From a virus (lineage: Duplodnaviria > Caudoviricetes), in the IMG/VR virus record IMGVR_UViG_3300044709_000179, positions 32,001 through 96,000 of that record: a stretch of 64,000 nt of DNA, one strand, 5' to 3'. The translations under genes and the position numbers were made by a program. Shown here piece by piece: positions 1 through 7,739 of this stretch; within the stretch, counting starts at the first letter, position 1; every line of letters starts with the position of its first letter. The notes under the pieces were generated by a model. It ran no database searches. It was given only the letters and a program-made list of their open reading frames with translations, and was not told where the DNA came from.

Positions 1-90
1 ATGAACGCGGCCGATGGGCGGGAATCCTCGTGGCACCCGCGAGGTGGAGGTCAAGCTGTGGCCGAGAGGGATGCCGACGCCGTCGGGCAT
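1..90 (-). CDS. Partial hypothetical protein (runs off window start)
   Basis: ATG at 90 preceded by GGGAGG RBS; only 30 codons visible. Confidence 0.35.
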   Translation of the reverse strand, partial: MPDGVGIPLGHSLTSTSRVPRGFPPIGRVH

Positions 91-252
91 CTGGTGCCTC
101 CCGTCGGGAATTGCAACGGCCCCAGCCTGTGGGGGCCGGGGCCAGAGACGATCCGGGCTGACAACTGCCGGCTAGGCCGGGTGTCCCGCAATGCGGTACT
201 GCCAGTGGGTCCCGCAATCGCAGGTTCAGGATACGCCGTGGGGTGCGACCGG

Positions 253-648
253 TCACGCCGGTTCAGCCTCGCGCGTCGTGCACGCCTCGCACGCACACGG
301 ACGGATCTCGATCAGCGCACTACGCCAGTGGCCATCCCGCGAACTGTAGTGCTCGTTGGCCCAGGTCTGCGGTTGGATCTGGAAGTCGATCGGTAGCCCC
401 GTCATCTCCTTGCCGAGCGCCGCGAACGCCAGCGTGATCGCCGCCAGTTTCGGATTACCCTCGGCGTTGTGGATGCGCCCGAACCGCTCCTCGAACTCGT
501 CATCGTCCATGATGAGCCGCACGTCCACGTCGCGCCAGTCCTTCGTCTTCAGCGACGACCCGACGTGGTAGGCGACAGACCCGAAGTAGTCGCGGACGAT
601 GGTGCCGAACTTGTGCAGCCAGATGCCGGCGGGCATGCCTGTGCTCAT
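253..648 (-). CDS. Minimal nucleotidyltransferase-like protein (Pol-beta superfamily)
   Basis: YHVGSS...WRDVDVRL (hG[S]...DxD) and a later PIDFQI third Asp; GGAGG RBS. Confidence 0.65.
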   Translation of the reverse strand: MSTGMPAGIWLHKFGTIVRDYFGSVAYHVGSSLKTKDWRDVDVRLIMDDDEFEERFGRIHNAEGNPKLAAITLAFAALGKEMTGLPIDFQIQPQTWANEHYSSRDGHWRSALIEIRPCACEACTTREAEPA

Positions 649-660
649 CGCACCTCCCGG

Positions 661-918
661 TCAGTACTTCTTGCCGTCGTCGGCCGGCGTGCGCATCTCG
701 TGCGTCCAGCCGCGCTCGGCGCACGTGCATCCGTCGACCGGCCCCCACGACGGGCACACGTCGCGGTAGTCGGACCGGTGCTCGCACGGCACCAGCATGA
801 GCGGGCCGGGGACGTCGAGGGCGCCGTCGATCCAGTTGTCGCACTGGCGGCACTTCTTGTACGGGTCGGCGAAGATGGTCGCGTTGTGGGTGCGGGTGAA
901 GGTGTGGGTCAAGGTCAC
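661..918 (-). CDS. Small Cys-rich hypothetical protein
   Basis: CxxC, CxH, CxC motifs; in operon. Confidence 0.65.
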   Translation of the reverse strand: MTLTHTFTRTHNATIFADPYKKCRQCDNWIDGALDVPGPLMLVPCEHRSDYRDVCPSWGPVDGCTCAERGWTHEMRTPADDGKKY

Positions 919-922
919 GTGA

Positions 923-1204
923 TCAGCCTACGGGCGTCCAGCCCGTCCCCGGTGCGCCGACAAGCAGCTCGTACGACTCGGCCTCGCCAGTACCGTCGAT
1001 CCGCTCGACCGTGACGCCAGCCGTCCGGGCCGCTGCCAGGAACGCCTCGCGGTGTTCGTCGAAGCAGGTCACCAACCACGTCTCACGGGCGCCGTTCTCG
1101 CGGCCTTCGATCCAGTTGGCGTACGCCCCAGTTGTCGCCCAGACATCCATGCGTCGGGCGGTGTCGGACGTCACGAGGAACCGGTGCACACTCACGTTGG
1201 CCAT
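923..1204 (-). CDS. Hypothetical protein
   Basis: Natural composition; co-directional packing. Confidence 0.65.
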   Translation of the reverse strand: MANVSVHRFLVTSDTARRMDVWATTGAYANWIEGRENGARETWLVTCFDEHREAFLAAARTAGVTVERIDGTGEAESYELLVGAPGTGWTPVG

Positions 1205-1264
1205 GATTCCACGTCAGCTGACCGGGACGCCGGGGCTGGCGGGTGGCGGGAGCCGACGGCGGGT

Positions 1265-1347
1265 GCGACAGTCCGGGGTCCCCTCTCGGTTCGCCGACCT
1301 TCGTCATCCCGGGTTTAGGCCGACCCGCTTGCGCGCCCCGCTGTCGC
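1265..1347 (-). ncRNA. Candidate structured RNA / leader
   Basis: GCGACAG-CGGGG...CCCCG-GA-CTGTCGC closing stem with internal GNRA hairpins, just downstream of a TACGCT -10-like box. Confidence 0.4.
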
Positions 1348-1363
1348 TTCAAGCGTAGGGCAA

Positions 1364-1744
1364 CTAGTCGCGCTCCCGCCGCCACCGCGCCCACTCGCTG
1401 ATCCGCCGCACCTGCTCCAGAATTAGCTCTTTCGCGCGCTCGTCGGCCAGGTCGTACTCGTCGGCGAGGTTGTCGAACGCGGCCGGCAGCGGCTTGGGTG
1501 GCGGGCGGTCCTCGGTGCCGAAGGCGGCGGCGAACAGGTCGGCCTCCTCGACACGAAGGTGGGGGGCTGCGCGCAGGAGGAGTGGGGCCGTGGGCTCCGT
1601 GGTGCCCGAGATCCACCGGAGGACGACGGACGGCTGCATGCCAGCCGCGCGGGCGAACGCCGTGGGCGAGCGGTAGCCGGCCGCCTCGATGGCGGCGACC
1701 ACGTAGTGCCCGAACTCCCCGGACGGCGCTCCGCCTTTGCCCAC
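1364..1744 (-). CDS. XRE-family HTH repressor (CI-like)
   Basis: SPTAFARAAGMQPSVVLRWISGTTEP HTH; divergent from a Cro-like gene. Confidence 0.8.
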   Translation of the reverse strand: MGKGGAPSGEFGHYVVAAIEAAGYRSPTAFARAAGMQPSVVLRWISGTTEPTAPLLLRAAPHLRVEEADLFAAAFGTEDRPPPKPLPAAFDNLADEYDLADERAKELILEQVRRISEWARWRRERD

Positions 1745-1831
1745 GAGCCAACAGTAAGGGACTACCGAGCGAAACCGGTCACTCGTCGGATCGTGCGTGT
1801 CTTAGCTTTCAGGCCAATGAACTGGTAGCAT
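1745..1831. promoter_or_regulatory. Divergent promoter/operator region of the genetic switch
   Basis: 87-bp lower-GC gap between two divergent HTH genes; TAGCAT -10-like box just before the + gene. Confidence 0.6.
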
Positions 1832-2101
1832 GTGAGCATGCAGACTTACGCACCACGACGACGCCGAGGCATCGAGGTGCGGCCCAGTGAAGTTCGGCGC
1901 CGAGGTCGCGAACGCTTCGGCGTCCAGACCGACCGCGCGCTTGCCGAACGCCTCGGCTTCCATCCGGTCAACCTGTCGAAGCTGTTTCACGGCCAGCAGC
2001 CGAGCGGCATCGTCATCGCGACCCTGCTCGACGCGCTCGACGCCAAGTTCGAAGACCTGTTCCTGATCGTGCCGTTGAAGTCGGAGGCGGCGAGCCCCTG
2101 A
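1832..2101 (+). CDS. Cro-like HTH regulator
   Basis: TDRALAERLGFHPVNLSKLFHGQQPS...KFEDLF. Confidence 0.8.
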   Translation: MSMQTYAPRRRRGIEVRPSEVRRRGRERFGVQTDRALAERLGFHPVNLSKLFHGQQPSGIVIATLLDALDAKFEDLFLIVPLKSEAASP

Positions 2102-2260
2102 GATGCATCAGGCCCGGTGGCGTTGGCGCGCCAACCGGGCCCCTGTGAACCACCCAGCCGTAGGAGGTCCGACCGCAATGCCTCGTGGTTTCCATGCTAA
2201 CGCATGCAGTCGCGTCGTGGCACGCAAGCCATCGCGCAACCGCAGCCATCGGGACGCGGC

Positions 2261-3340
2261 GTGACTGACGTCCACAAGCCCAACTTCGACCCGAGCCTTT
2301 GGGCCGCCTACGAAGCTGGCGCCGGTCAGGAGCCTCCGGGCGGCAACGGTAACGGCAAGGTCGTGAGCATTGCTGACGCAGCGGCGTCGCGGGCCGCCCG
2401 GATCAGGCGCCTCACGTATCGACGGTCCGAACTCGACAACATCCCGCCGCCGAGCTATCTCATCGACGGCGTCCTCAACGACAACGTCCTTGCCCTACTC
2501 GCGGGCAAGTTCGGCACCTACAAGTCGTTCGTGTCCGTGTCGTGGGCGTGCTCGGTCGCCACCGGAAAGCCGTGGTTCGGCCACGACATCGTCAAGCCCG
2601 GCCCAATCGTCTACATCGCCGCCGAGGGCGCATCCGGCCTGAAGCAGCGCACGGAGGCATGGGAGAGCGTCTACAACCGCGGCCAGCGCATCCCCGACGA
2701 TCGGTTCATTGTCGTCGGAGGCTCGGTCCGGTTGACCCTCGGCGGCGACATGGACGCGATCAGCGAACTGTGCGCCGAGGTGAAGCCGGTCTTGCTCATC
2801 TGGGACACCCTGCACCGCTGCGCGCCCGGCGTGGAGGAGAACTCCAACACCGAGATGGGCATGGTCGTCGCGGCGATGGACCGCCTGCGCGAAGCCCATG
2901 CGTGCACGCAGCTCGTCAACCACCACACCGGTCACGCCGGAAAACGTTCGCGCGGCGCGTCGGCGATCGAGGACGACTTCGAGAACTCGTGGGTGATCAA
3001 GCTCCGCGATCCCGAGGACCGGTCGCCCAAGAATCCGCGCACCATGGAGCACCGCAAGTGCAAGGACGACGTACTGCAGGAGCCGATTCCGATCCGGCTG
3101 GCGCTCTGCGACATCTCCGCCACCGTCGAGCGCGATGAGGATCGGGACGAGGACAGCAAGTGGCTCATCGAGGACAAGGCGAAGCGGAAGGCGGCCGAGT
3201 GTGACGCTGCCGGAATTCCGACGGGACTCGGCCGTGATCGGCTGAAACTGGCCGCCCAGCAAGCCGGGATCGCGGGGGTCTCGGACACGCTGTGGGCGCT
3301 GGTCGTCAAGGCCCGAAAGGGGCTGGACCGTGCGGCATGA
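2261..3340 (+). CDS. AAA_25 / RepA-like (SF4-related) helicase
   Basis: Walker A AGKFGTYKS, VYIAAEG, Walker B LLIWDT, EENSN, HHTG...RGASA; start could be 2204. Confidence 0.85.
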   Translation: MTDVHKPNFDPSLWAAYEAGAGQEPPGGNGNGKVVSIADAAASRAARIRRLTYRRSELDNIPPPSYLIDGVLNDNVLALLAGKFGTYKSFVSVSWACSVATGKPWFGHDIVKPGPIVYIAAEGASGLKQRTEAWESVYNRGQRIPDDRFIVVGGSVRLTLGGDMDAISELCAEVKPVLLIWDTLHRCAPGVEENSNTEMGMVVAAMDRLREAHACTQLVNHHTGHAGKRSRGASAIEDDFENSWVIKLRDPEDRSPKNPRTMEHRKCKDDVLQEPIPIRLALCDISATVERDEDRDEDSKWLIEDKAKRKAAECDAAGIPTGLGRDRLKLAAQQAGIAGVSDTLWALVVKARKGLDRAA

Positions 3341-3360
3341 CATCGATACCCGCGAGCGCC

Positions 3361-3522
3361 GACCTGTTCCGAACAGGTCAGGACCACAACCTGTACCGGC
3401 GAGATCAGCACAGTTCCCGCATTTCCGCAGGTCAGACCTGTTCCGAACAGGTGCCGGCACAGGTCAGAACAGGCACAAAAACCTGTACTGTACCGGCCCG
3501 CCCCTAGGGGGCGGTACAGGTC
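3361..3522. repeat. Palindromic repeat cluster, putative replication origin
   Basis: ACCTGTTCCGAACAGGT at 3362 and 3436, further ACCTGT/ACAGG half-sites, directly after the helicase stop. Confidence 0.65.
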
Positions 3523-3699
3523 GGTTGCCCGCCTCCGGTACGGAGAAGAAGGCAAGGATCAGACCCCTGGCCCGAGCCTCATCCGGTACGTCTCTGACCT
3601 TAGCCACGCCCCACCCGGAGCAAGACCGCAAGCCCAGCCCGCGTTCACAGCCGCACTCCACGCCACGACTGAACCGCCGAGCACCGGAAGGAACCCGCC

Positions 3700-3966
3700 A
3701 TGCTGACCATCGATAACCTGCCCACCGACCTGCAAACCGCCATCCGCCAGTTCCAGCGCGACCGCGCCAACGGCTCCCGCTCCGCATCCGCGTACTTCGA
3801 AGCGTTCAGCGACTACCTTCAGAGACGCGCCCACGTCAGCGAGGTCAACGCCCAGCGCCTCATCGACAACATCTGCGCCCTGCGGATGCCGGACCGCCCG
3901 GACGCGGCCCCGTGCTTCGAGGAGCCGAACCACGACGGCTGCCACACCTGGGAGCGGTGGCACTGA
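3700..3966 (+). CDS. Hypothetical protein
   Basis: AAGGA RBS; coupled to next ORF. Confidence 0.7.
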   Translation: MLTIDNLPTDLQTAIRQFQRDRANGSRSASAYFEAFSDYLQRRAHVSEVNAQRLIDNICALRMPDRPDAAPCFEEPNHDGCHTWERWH

Positions 3967-4274
3967 TGACCATCGACCCGGAGGTCGCCGATGCCCCTAT
4001 CGGCCTGCCGTACCAGCACTACTGGGACGACGAAGAATACAAGGCCGGCCTCCACGCCGAGATCGTGGAGGCCATCGAATACGCACGGGAGCGCGGCGAG
4101 ACGACCAAGGACTACCTGCTGGCCGACCACATCATGGACCGGGTGTTCAAGCGGGTGAAACTGCACACGTGGTGCGCTCGCGTGTCCTGCGGCGGGCACT
4201 GTTCCGGCCCGACCCACTACGCGTTCGACATCACCACGCACCCACGACGGTTCGCGGACGGGGACGTCGAATGA
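3966..4274 (+). CDS. Hypothetical protein
   Basis: TGATG overlap with upstream ORF. Confidence 0.65.
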   Translation: MTIDPEVADAPIGLPYQHYWDDEEYKAGLHAEIVEAIEYARERGETTKDYLLADHIMDRVFKRVKLHTWCARVSCGGHCSGPTHYAFDITTHPRRFADGDVE

Positions 4275-4291
4275 CCCAGGGAGGATTACCA

Positions 4292-4699
4292 ATGACCGAG
4301 GAGCCCGCCGCTAAGGATGCCGCACCGACCGTGACCGTTTTCTCGGCCACCGGAGCCGTCCGCACCTTCCGCGACGTCACCGACGACGACGTGGCGCAGG
4401 TGATCGTTCAGGCCCGCGCGCTCATCCGCCTCGACAAGCAGTTGTGGGACGCTCGACAGCGGGCCGAGCAACTGGAACGCCGGCTTGCCGAACGCGAGCA
4501 ATACGCGGAAGCCGCCCGCTCCCGCGAAGCCGACCTTCAGGCCCGCCTCAATGCCGTCCGGTCGATCCACTGGGAGGCCGAGCAGCCCTCCTGCGCCGAC
4601 GGTTGCTGCCACGAAGGGCTCGGTTGGTGCCGGGAATGCGGCGAGGGCACACCGTTTCCGTGCAAGACATACAAGGCCGCACGTGGGGAGACGTCGTGA
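4292..4699 (+). CDS. Coiled-coil protein with C-terminal Cys cluster
   Basis: GGAGG RBS; H...CxEC...FPCxT actinophage-type motif. Confidence 0.7.
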   Translation: MTEEPAAKDAAPTVTVFSATGAVRTFRDVTDDDVAQVIVQARALIRLDKQLWDARQRAEQLERRLAEREQYAEAARSREADLQARLNAVRSIHWEAEQPSCADGCCHEGLGWCRECGEGTPFPCKTYKAARGETS

Positions 4700-5070
4700 T
4701 GGCCAGCACCACCGCATGGCTCGACCGCGCCGAAGAGGCCCTCACCGCCGCGCGCAGCGAGACCACGCCGCAGTTCCGCTACCGCAACGCCTACCTGGCC
4801 GCTGCCCGTGCCGCCGCAGCCGTGTTCGCCGAGCGGGGCAACGGACCCGCCGACGGCGCCATCCTCGTCGACATCTGGACGCATCTGCCGCAACTGGCCC
4901 CCGAACTGGCCGACTGGGCGCGAACCTACGACCTCCGATCTGAAGCGCGGGCGACCGCCGACGCCGGCATTCGGCAGGTGCGGGGCGAGGAGGCCGACGG
5001 GGAGATCGACGACGCCGCGCACTTCCTGACCACCGTCTCACTTCTGCTCGGGATTGGAGGGGCGCGATGA
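4699..5070 (+). CDS. SAV_6107-like HEPN domain protein
   Basis: RYRNAYLAAARAAAAVF...IWTHLPQLAPELADWA...ADAG...AAHFL pattern. Confidence 0.7.
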   Translation: MASTTAWLDRAEEALTAARSETTPQFRYRNAYLAAARAAAAVFAERGNGPADGAILVDIWTHLPQLAPELADWARTYDLRSEARATADAGIRQVRGEEADGEIDDAAHFLTTVSLLLGIGGAR

Positions 5071-5444
5071 CCACCCACGTGACCATCGACCCGCCCACTC
5101 TCGACGGCTTCGAGACCCACTACGGTATCCCGGTGGCGATCCTCGGCGAGGACGGCGATCAGTTCGTAGCCCTCGGTCGCCACGACAAGCGTCGCGTGCT
5201 GGCCGCGTTCAACCGGATGTGCCGTGTGGATCTCGGGTGGCGTAACGGGCTCAGCGCCGAGTTCTCCACCGTCAAACTCGCCAACCTTCGCTACGAGCAG
5301 TGGGTGCTGGCCACCGACTGCGGTGACTGCGGGGACAACCCCGAGTGCACCTACTGCGCTGAGATCCGCAGCGGCAGGTGGTGGCTGCGGATGGCCACCG
5401 ACCGAGACGCCGAAGCGTTTCCGGTCACCGTCTGGATTGCGTGA
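5067..5444 (+). CDS. Hypothetical protein, Cys-rich
   Basis: ATGA overlap; CxxC...CxxC. Confidence 0.7.
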   Translation: MTTHVTIDPPTLDGFETHYGIPVAILGEDGDQFVALGRHDKRRVLAAFNRMCRVDLGWRNGLSAEFSTVKLANLRYEQWVLATDCGDCGDNPECTYCAEIRSGRWWLRMATDRDAEAFPVTVWIA

Positions 5445-5457
5445 GAGGAGCCCGATC

Positions 5458-5688
5458 ATGAAGCCCTGGCTGCTGATCCGCCCCGACGAAGACGGCAACC
5501 CCTGCCGCTGGCTCGACGACAACGACGTGCGGGAACTGCTCGCCAACCCGCGCGACCACGGCGTCGAGACCTTCCTGACCGAACCCCCGGACCGGGGCCC
5601 CAACTACTGGCCCGACGGCTCCGTGCTGCGGCTCAAGGTCGAGGCCGTGGTGCCGAAGCCGGCCGTTACCGCCTACGTACTGCCCTGA
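5458..5688 (+). CDS. Hypothetical protein
   Basis: GAGGAG RBS. Confidence 0.65.
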   Translation: MKPWLLIRPDEDGNPCRWLDDNDVRELLANPRDHGVETFLTEPPDRGPNYWPDGSVLRLKVEAVVPKPAVTAYVLP

Positions 5689-5703
5689 CGAAAGGAACCC
5701 GCC

Positions 5704-6147
5704 ATGACCACCTACTACTTCGCCGCCCGGTACTCCCGCAACGCGGAACTACGCGGCTACCGCGACGAACTGCAAGACAGGGTCCCGGACGCCAAGGTCA
5801 CGTCTCGCTGGATCGACCAGCACGGCGGAACGCAGGAAACCTCCTACCTGCCGGAACTCCTCAACGCCGACCCAGAAGGCTGCTGGGCGAACGGCCAGGC
5901 CGACTTGGAGGACCTCGCCGCCGCCGAGGTGATCGTGTCGTTCACCGGAGGCGGCGGGAAGGGTGGCCGACACGTCGAGCACGGCATCGCCATCGCGTAC
6001 GCCGACAACGGGCCGTGGTTGGCACCCAACGCCGCCCAGTTTCGGCTCGTAGTGGTCGGGCCCCGTGAGCACATCTTCCACTGCCACCCGGCAACCGAGG
6101 TGCACGCGACGTGGGGCGACTTCCTGGCGGCGGAGGTGGCACGGTGA
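5704..6147 (+). CDS. Nucleoside 2-deoxyribosyltransferase / N-glycosidase-like protein
   Basis: YYFAARY, DLEDLAAAEVIVSF, GGRHVEHGIAIA (catalytic Glu position), VVVGPREHIFH. Confidence 0.7.
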   Translation: MTTYYFAARYSRNAELRGYRDELQDRVPDAKVTSRWIDQHGGTQETSYLPELLNADPEGCWANGQADLEDLAAAEVIVSFTGGGGKGGRHVEHGIAIAYADNGPWLAPNAAQFRLVVVGPREHIFHCHPATEVHATWGDFLAAEVAR

Positions 6148-6227
6148 CCGCCGAAACGGAAGCCCGCCTCCATCTCCTCGACGCCCTCATCGCCGGAGTC
6201 CACCACCTCGAAGGGGAGGGTGGCGTC

Positions 6228-6303
6228 GCGGGCTCCTTCCGAGAGGCGTCCGTCAGGCCCCGGGCGATGCCAGTCGCGCCGGGGCCACCCATCTATTTTC
6301 CCA
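6228..6303 (-). repeat. Orphan copy of the HNH promoter-hairpin leader
   Basis: Shares TCCGTCAGGCCCCGGG, CGCCGGGGCC and ATTTTC with 9329-9412. Confidence 0.7.
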
Positions 6304-6378
6304 GGTCAAGGCCACAATCGCCAGTCAAAATCCATTCAAGAAAAGCAAAATGTCTTACCGGTCTGGCAGACTCTGGCC

Positions 6379-6879
6379 GTGACTTCCGTGCCCAGCGACG
6401 ACATAGGGATGGCGATCTGGACCGAGCCTGGCCGCCAGCCCGTATTCCTGGTGGTCGACGGCGGCAAGGTTGTGGACTGCACCCCGTTCGCGGAGCCTTG
6501 GGCGAAAGGTCGTAGTGCTGCCCAACTGCTGGAGCGCGCCGAACGCCTCGGAGTCAAGGTTGAGTGGATCCCGCTCAACTCTGTACCGACACGTCGGTCC
6601 GCGCATTTGGTCGAGCGGACCCGCCTGCGCCACTGGGCGACCAAGCACGACCGGGGCATCGTGAGCACGCTGGAGTTCGGCCAGACCGCCGACGGATTCA
6701 CCGTGGACGACGGGACTGAGCCGCACCTGTGGATCTACCCAGACCGCGACGATGCTGTCCGCGAGGTGCGACGTCGACTGGCGGTCGGGACGTGGTGGCG
6801 GATTGCGGCTGACCACGACGCACAGGGGCGACCGAAGCCGGACCCGGAGTTGCCCAGCGAGTGGGGCGTGCCCGACTAG
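6379..6879 (+). CDS. Hypothetical protein
   Basis: Preceded by an A-rich promoter-like stretch; start uncertain (6379 or 6409). Confidence 0.6.
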   Translation: MTSVPSDDIGMAIWTEPGRQPVFLVVDGGKVVDCTPFAEPWAKGRSAAQLLERAERLGVKVEWIPLNSVPTRRSAHLVERTRLRHWATKHDRGIVSTLEFGQTADGFTVDDGTEPHLWIYPDRDDAVREVRRRLAVGTWWRIAADHDAQGRPKPDPELPSEWGVPD

Positions 6880-6912
6880 GCCCTACTGGGTCACTGTCTC
6901 GCGATCCGCGCG

Positions 6913-7287
6913 TTACTTGGCACCGGTTCGCGCCGTCAACTGAGCGCGGAGTGCGATCGTCAACTCCTCCATCGTCCGCATCTGCAGCTCCAACGTCCGC
7001 ACCTGATCGCGGAGCACGTTGGAGGCGTCGCGCTCCTTGGCGAGCTGCTCCGACACCCGGGCCATCTGGTCGTTCATTCGATCCTGCTGCGCCCGCAAGC
7101 GGTCCAACTGCTTGTCGGCGTCGGTGAGCGCCTTTTCGTAGATTGCTCGTGACCGTTCGTACGCCTCCGCGTCGACCTTCTTCTCGCTGACCTGATTCGC
7201 CTGCGAACTGGCTCGGTACGCGAAGGCTGCGGCTGCGATCGCCGGGATGCCCGCGACCGCGGCGACGATGATCTGACCAGCGTCCAT
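6913..7287 (-). CDS. Lysis-cassette membrane protein (1 TM + coiled coil)
   Basis: N-terminal hydrophobic helix, long heptad region; last gene of late operon. Confidence 0.7.
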   Translation of the reverse strand: MDAGQIIVAAVAGIPAIAAAAFAYRASSQANQVSEKKVDAEAYERSRAIYEKALTDADKQLDRLRAQQDRMNDQMARVSEQLAKERDASNVLRDQVRTLELQMRTMEELTIALRAQLTARTGAK

Positions 7288-7712
7288 CAGGACCCCCGGC
7301 GGTGCCGTGCTTCAGCCGGGGAGGGCTCCGGCCAGGTGGAGATGAGGCCGACAACGGCCGCGAACGCCAGCCAGATGACCGCGCCTACGTAGGCACGCTC
7401 CAGGTGGGCGACGATCGCCCCGGCGATGTAGGTGGCACCCCACAGCACCTTCACGCCCATGGCGGCGGCGTAGGCGGCCCGGTCGTTGCGCATGAACGCC
7501 TGAATAGCGCAGAGGATGCCGGGGACCAGCCAGATGGCCGACCAGACCGGTAGCGGCGCGAGGTGTGCGATGAAGTGCATGGTCGCGGAGCGGCGCGCAG
7601 ACTCGGGCGGGTTGAACAGGCTGTAGGCATAGACAAGATCGAGTTGGGCGAGGAAGAGCAAGAAGCAGCCCCGTCGGCCGATTCGACCGGCGAGGCTTCG
7701 AAGCGCTGACAT
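7287..7712 (-). CDS. Holin-like 4-TM membrane protein
   Basis: Four hydrophobic segments; directly after endolysin. Confidence 0.65.
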   Translation of the reverse strand: MSALRSLAGRIGRRGCFLLFLAQLDLVYAYSLFNPPESARRSATMHFIAHLAPLPVWSAIWLVPGILCAIQAFMRNDRAAYAAAMGVKVLWGATYIAGAIVAHLERAYVGAVIWLAFAAVVGLISTWPEPSPAEARHRRGS

Positions 7713-7739
7713 GTGGGCCCCCGCTCTCCGATGGTGCAG

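Noticed and set aside
1265-1347. tRNA gene
   Set aside because: 7-bp terminal stem present, but no TTC T-loop, no 7-nt anticodon loop and no CCA
253-5070. MNT-HEPN toxin-antitoxin pair
   Set aside because: Genes are 4 kb apart on opposite strands and the HEPN lacks RxxxxH
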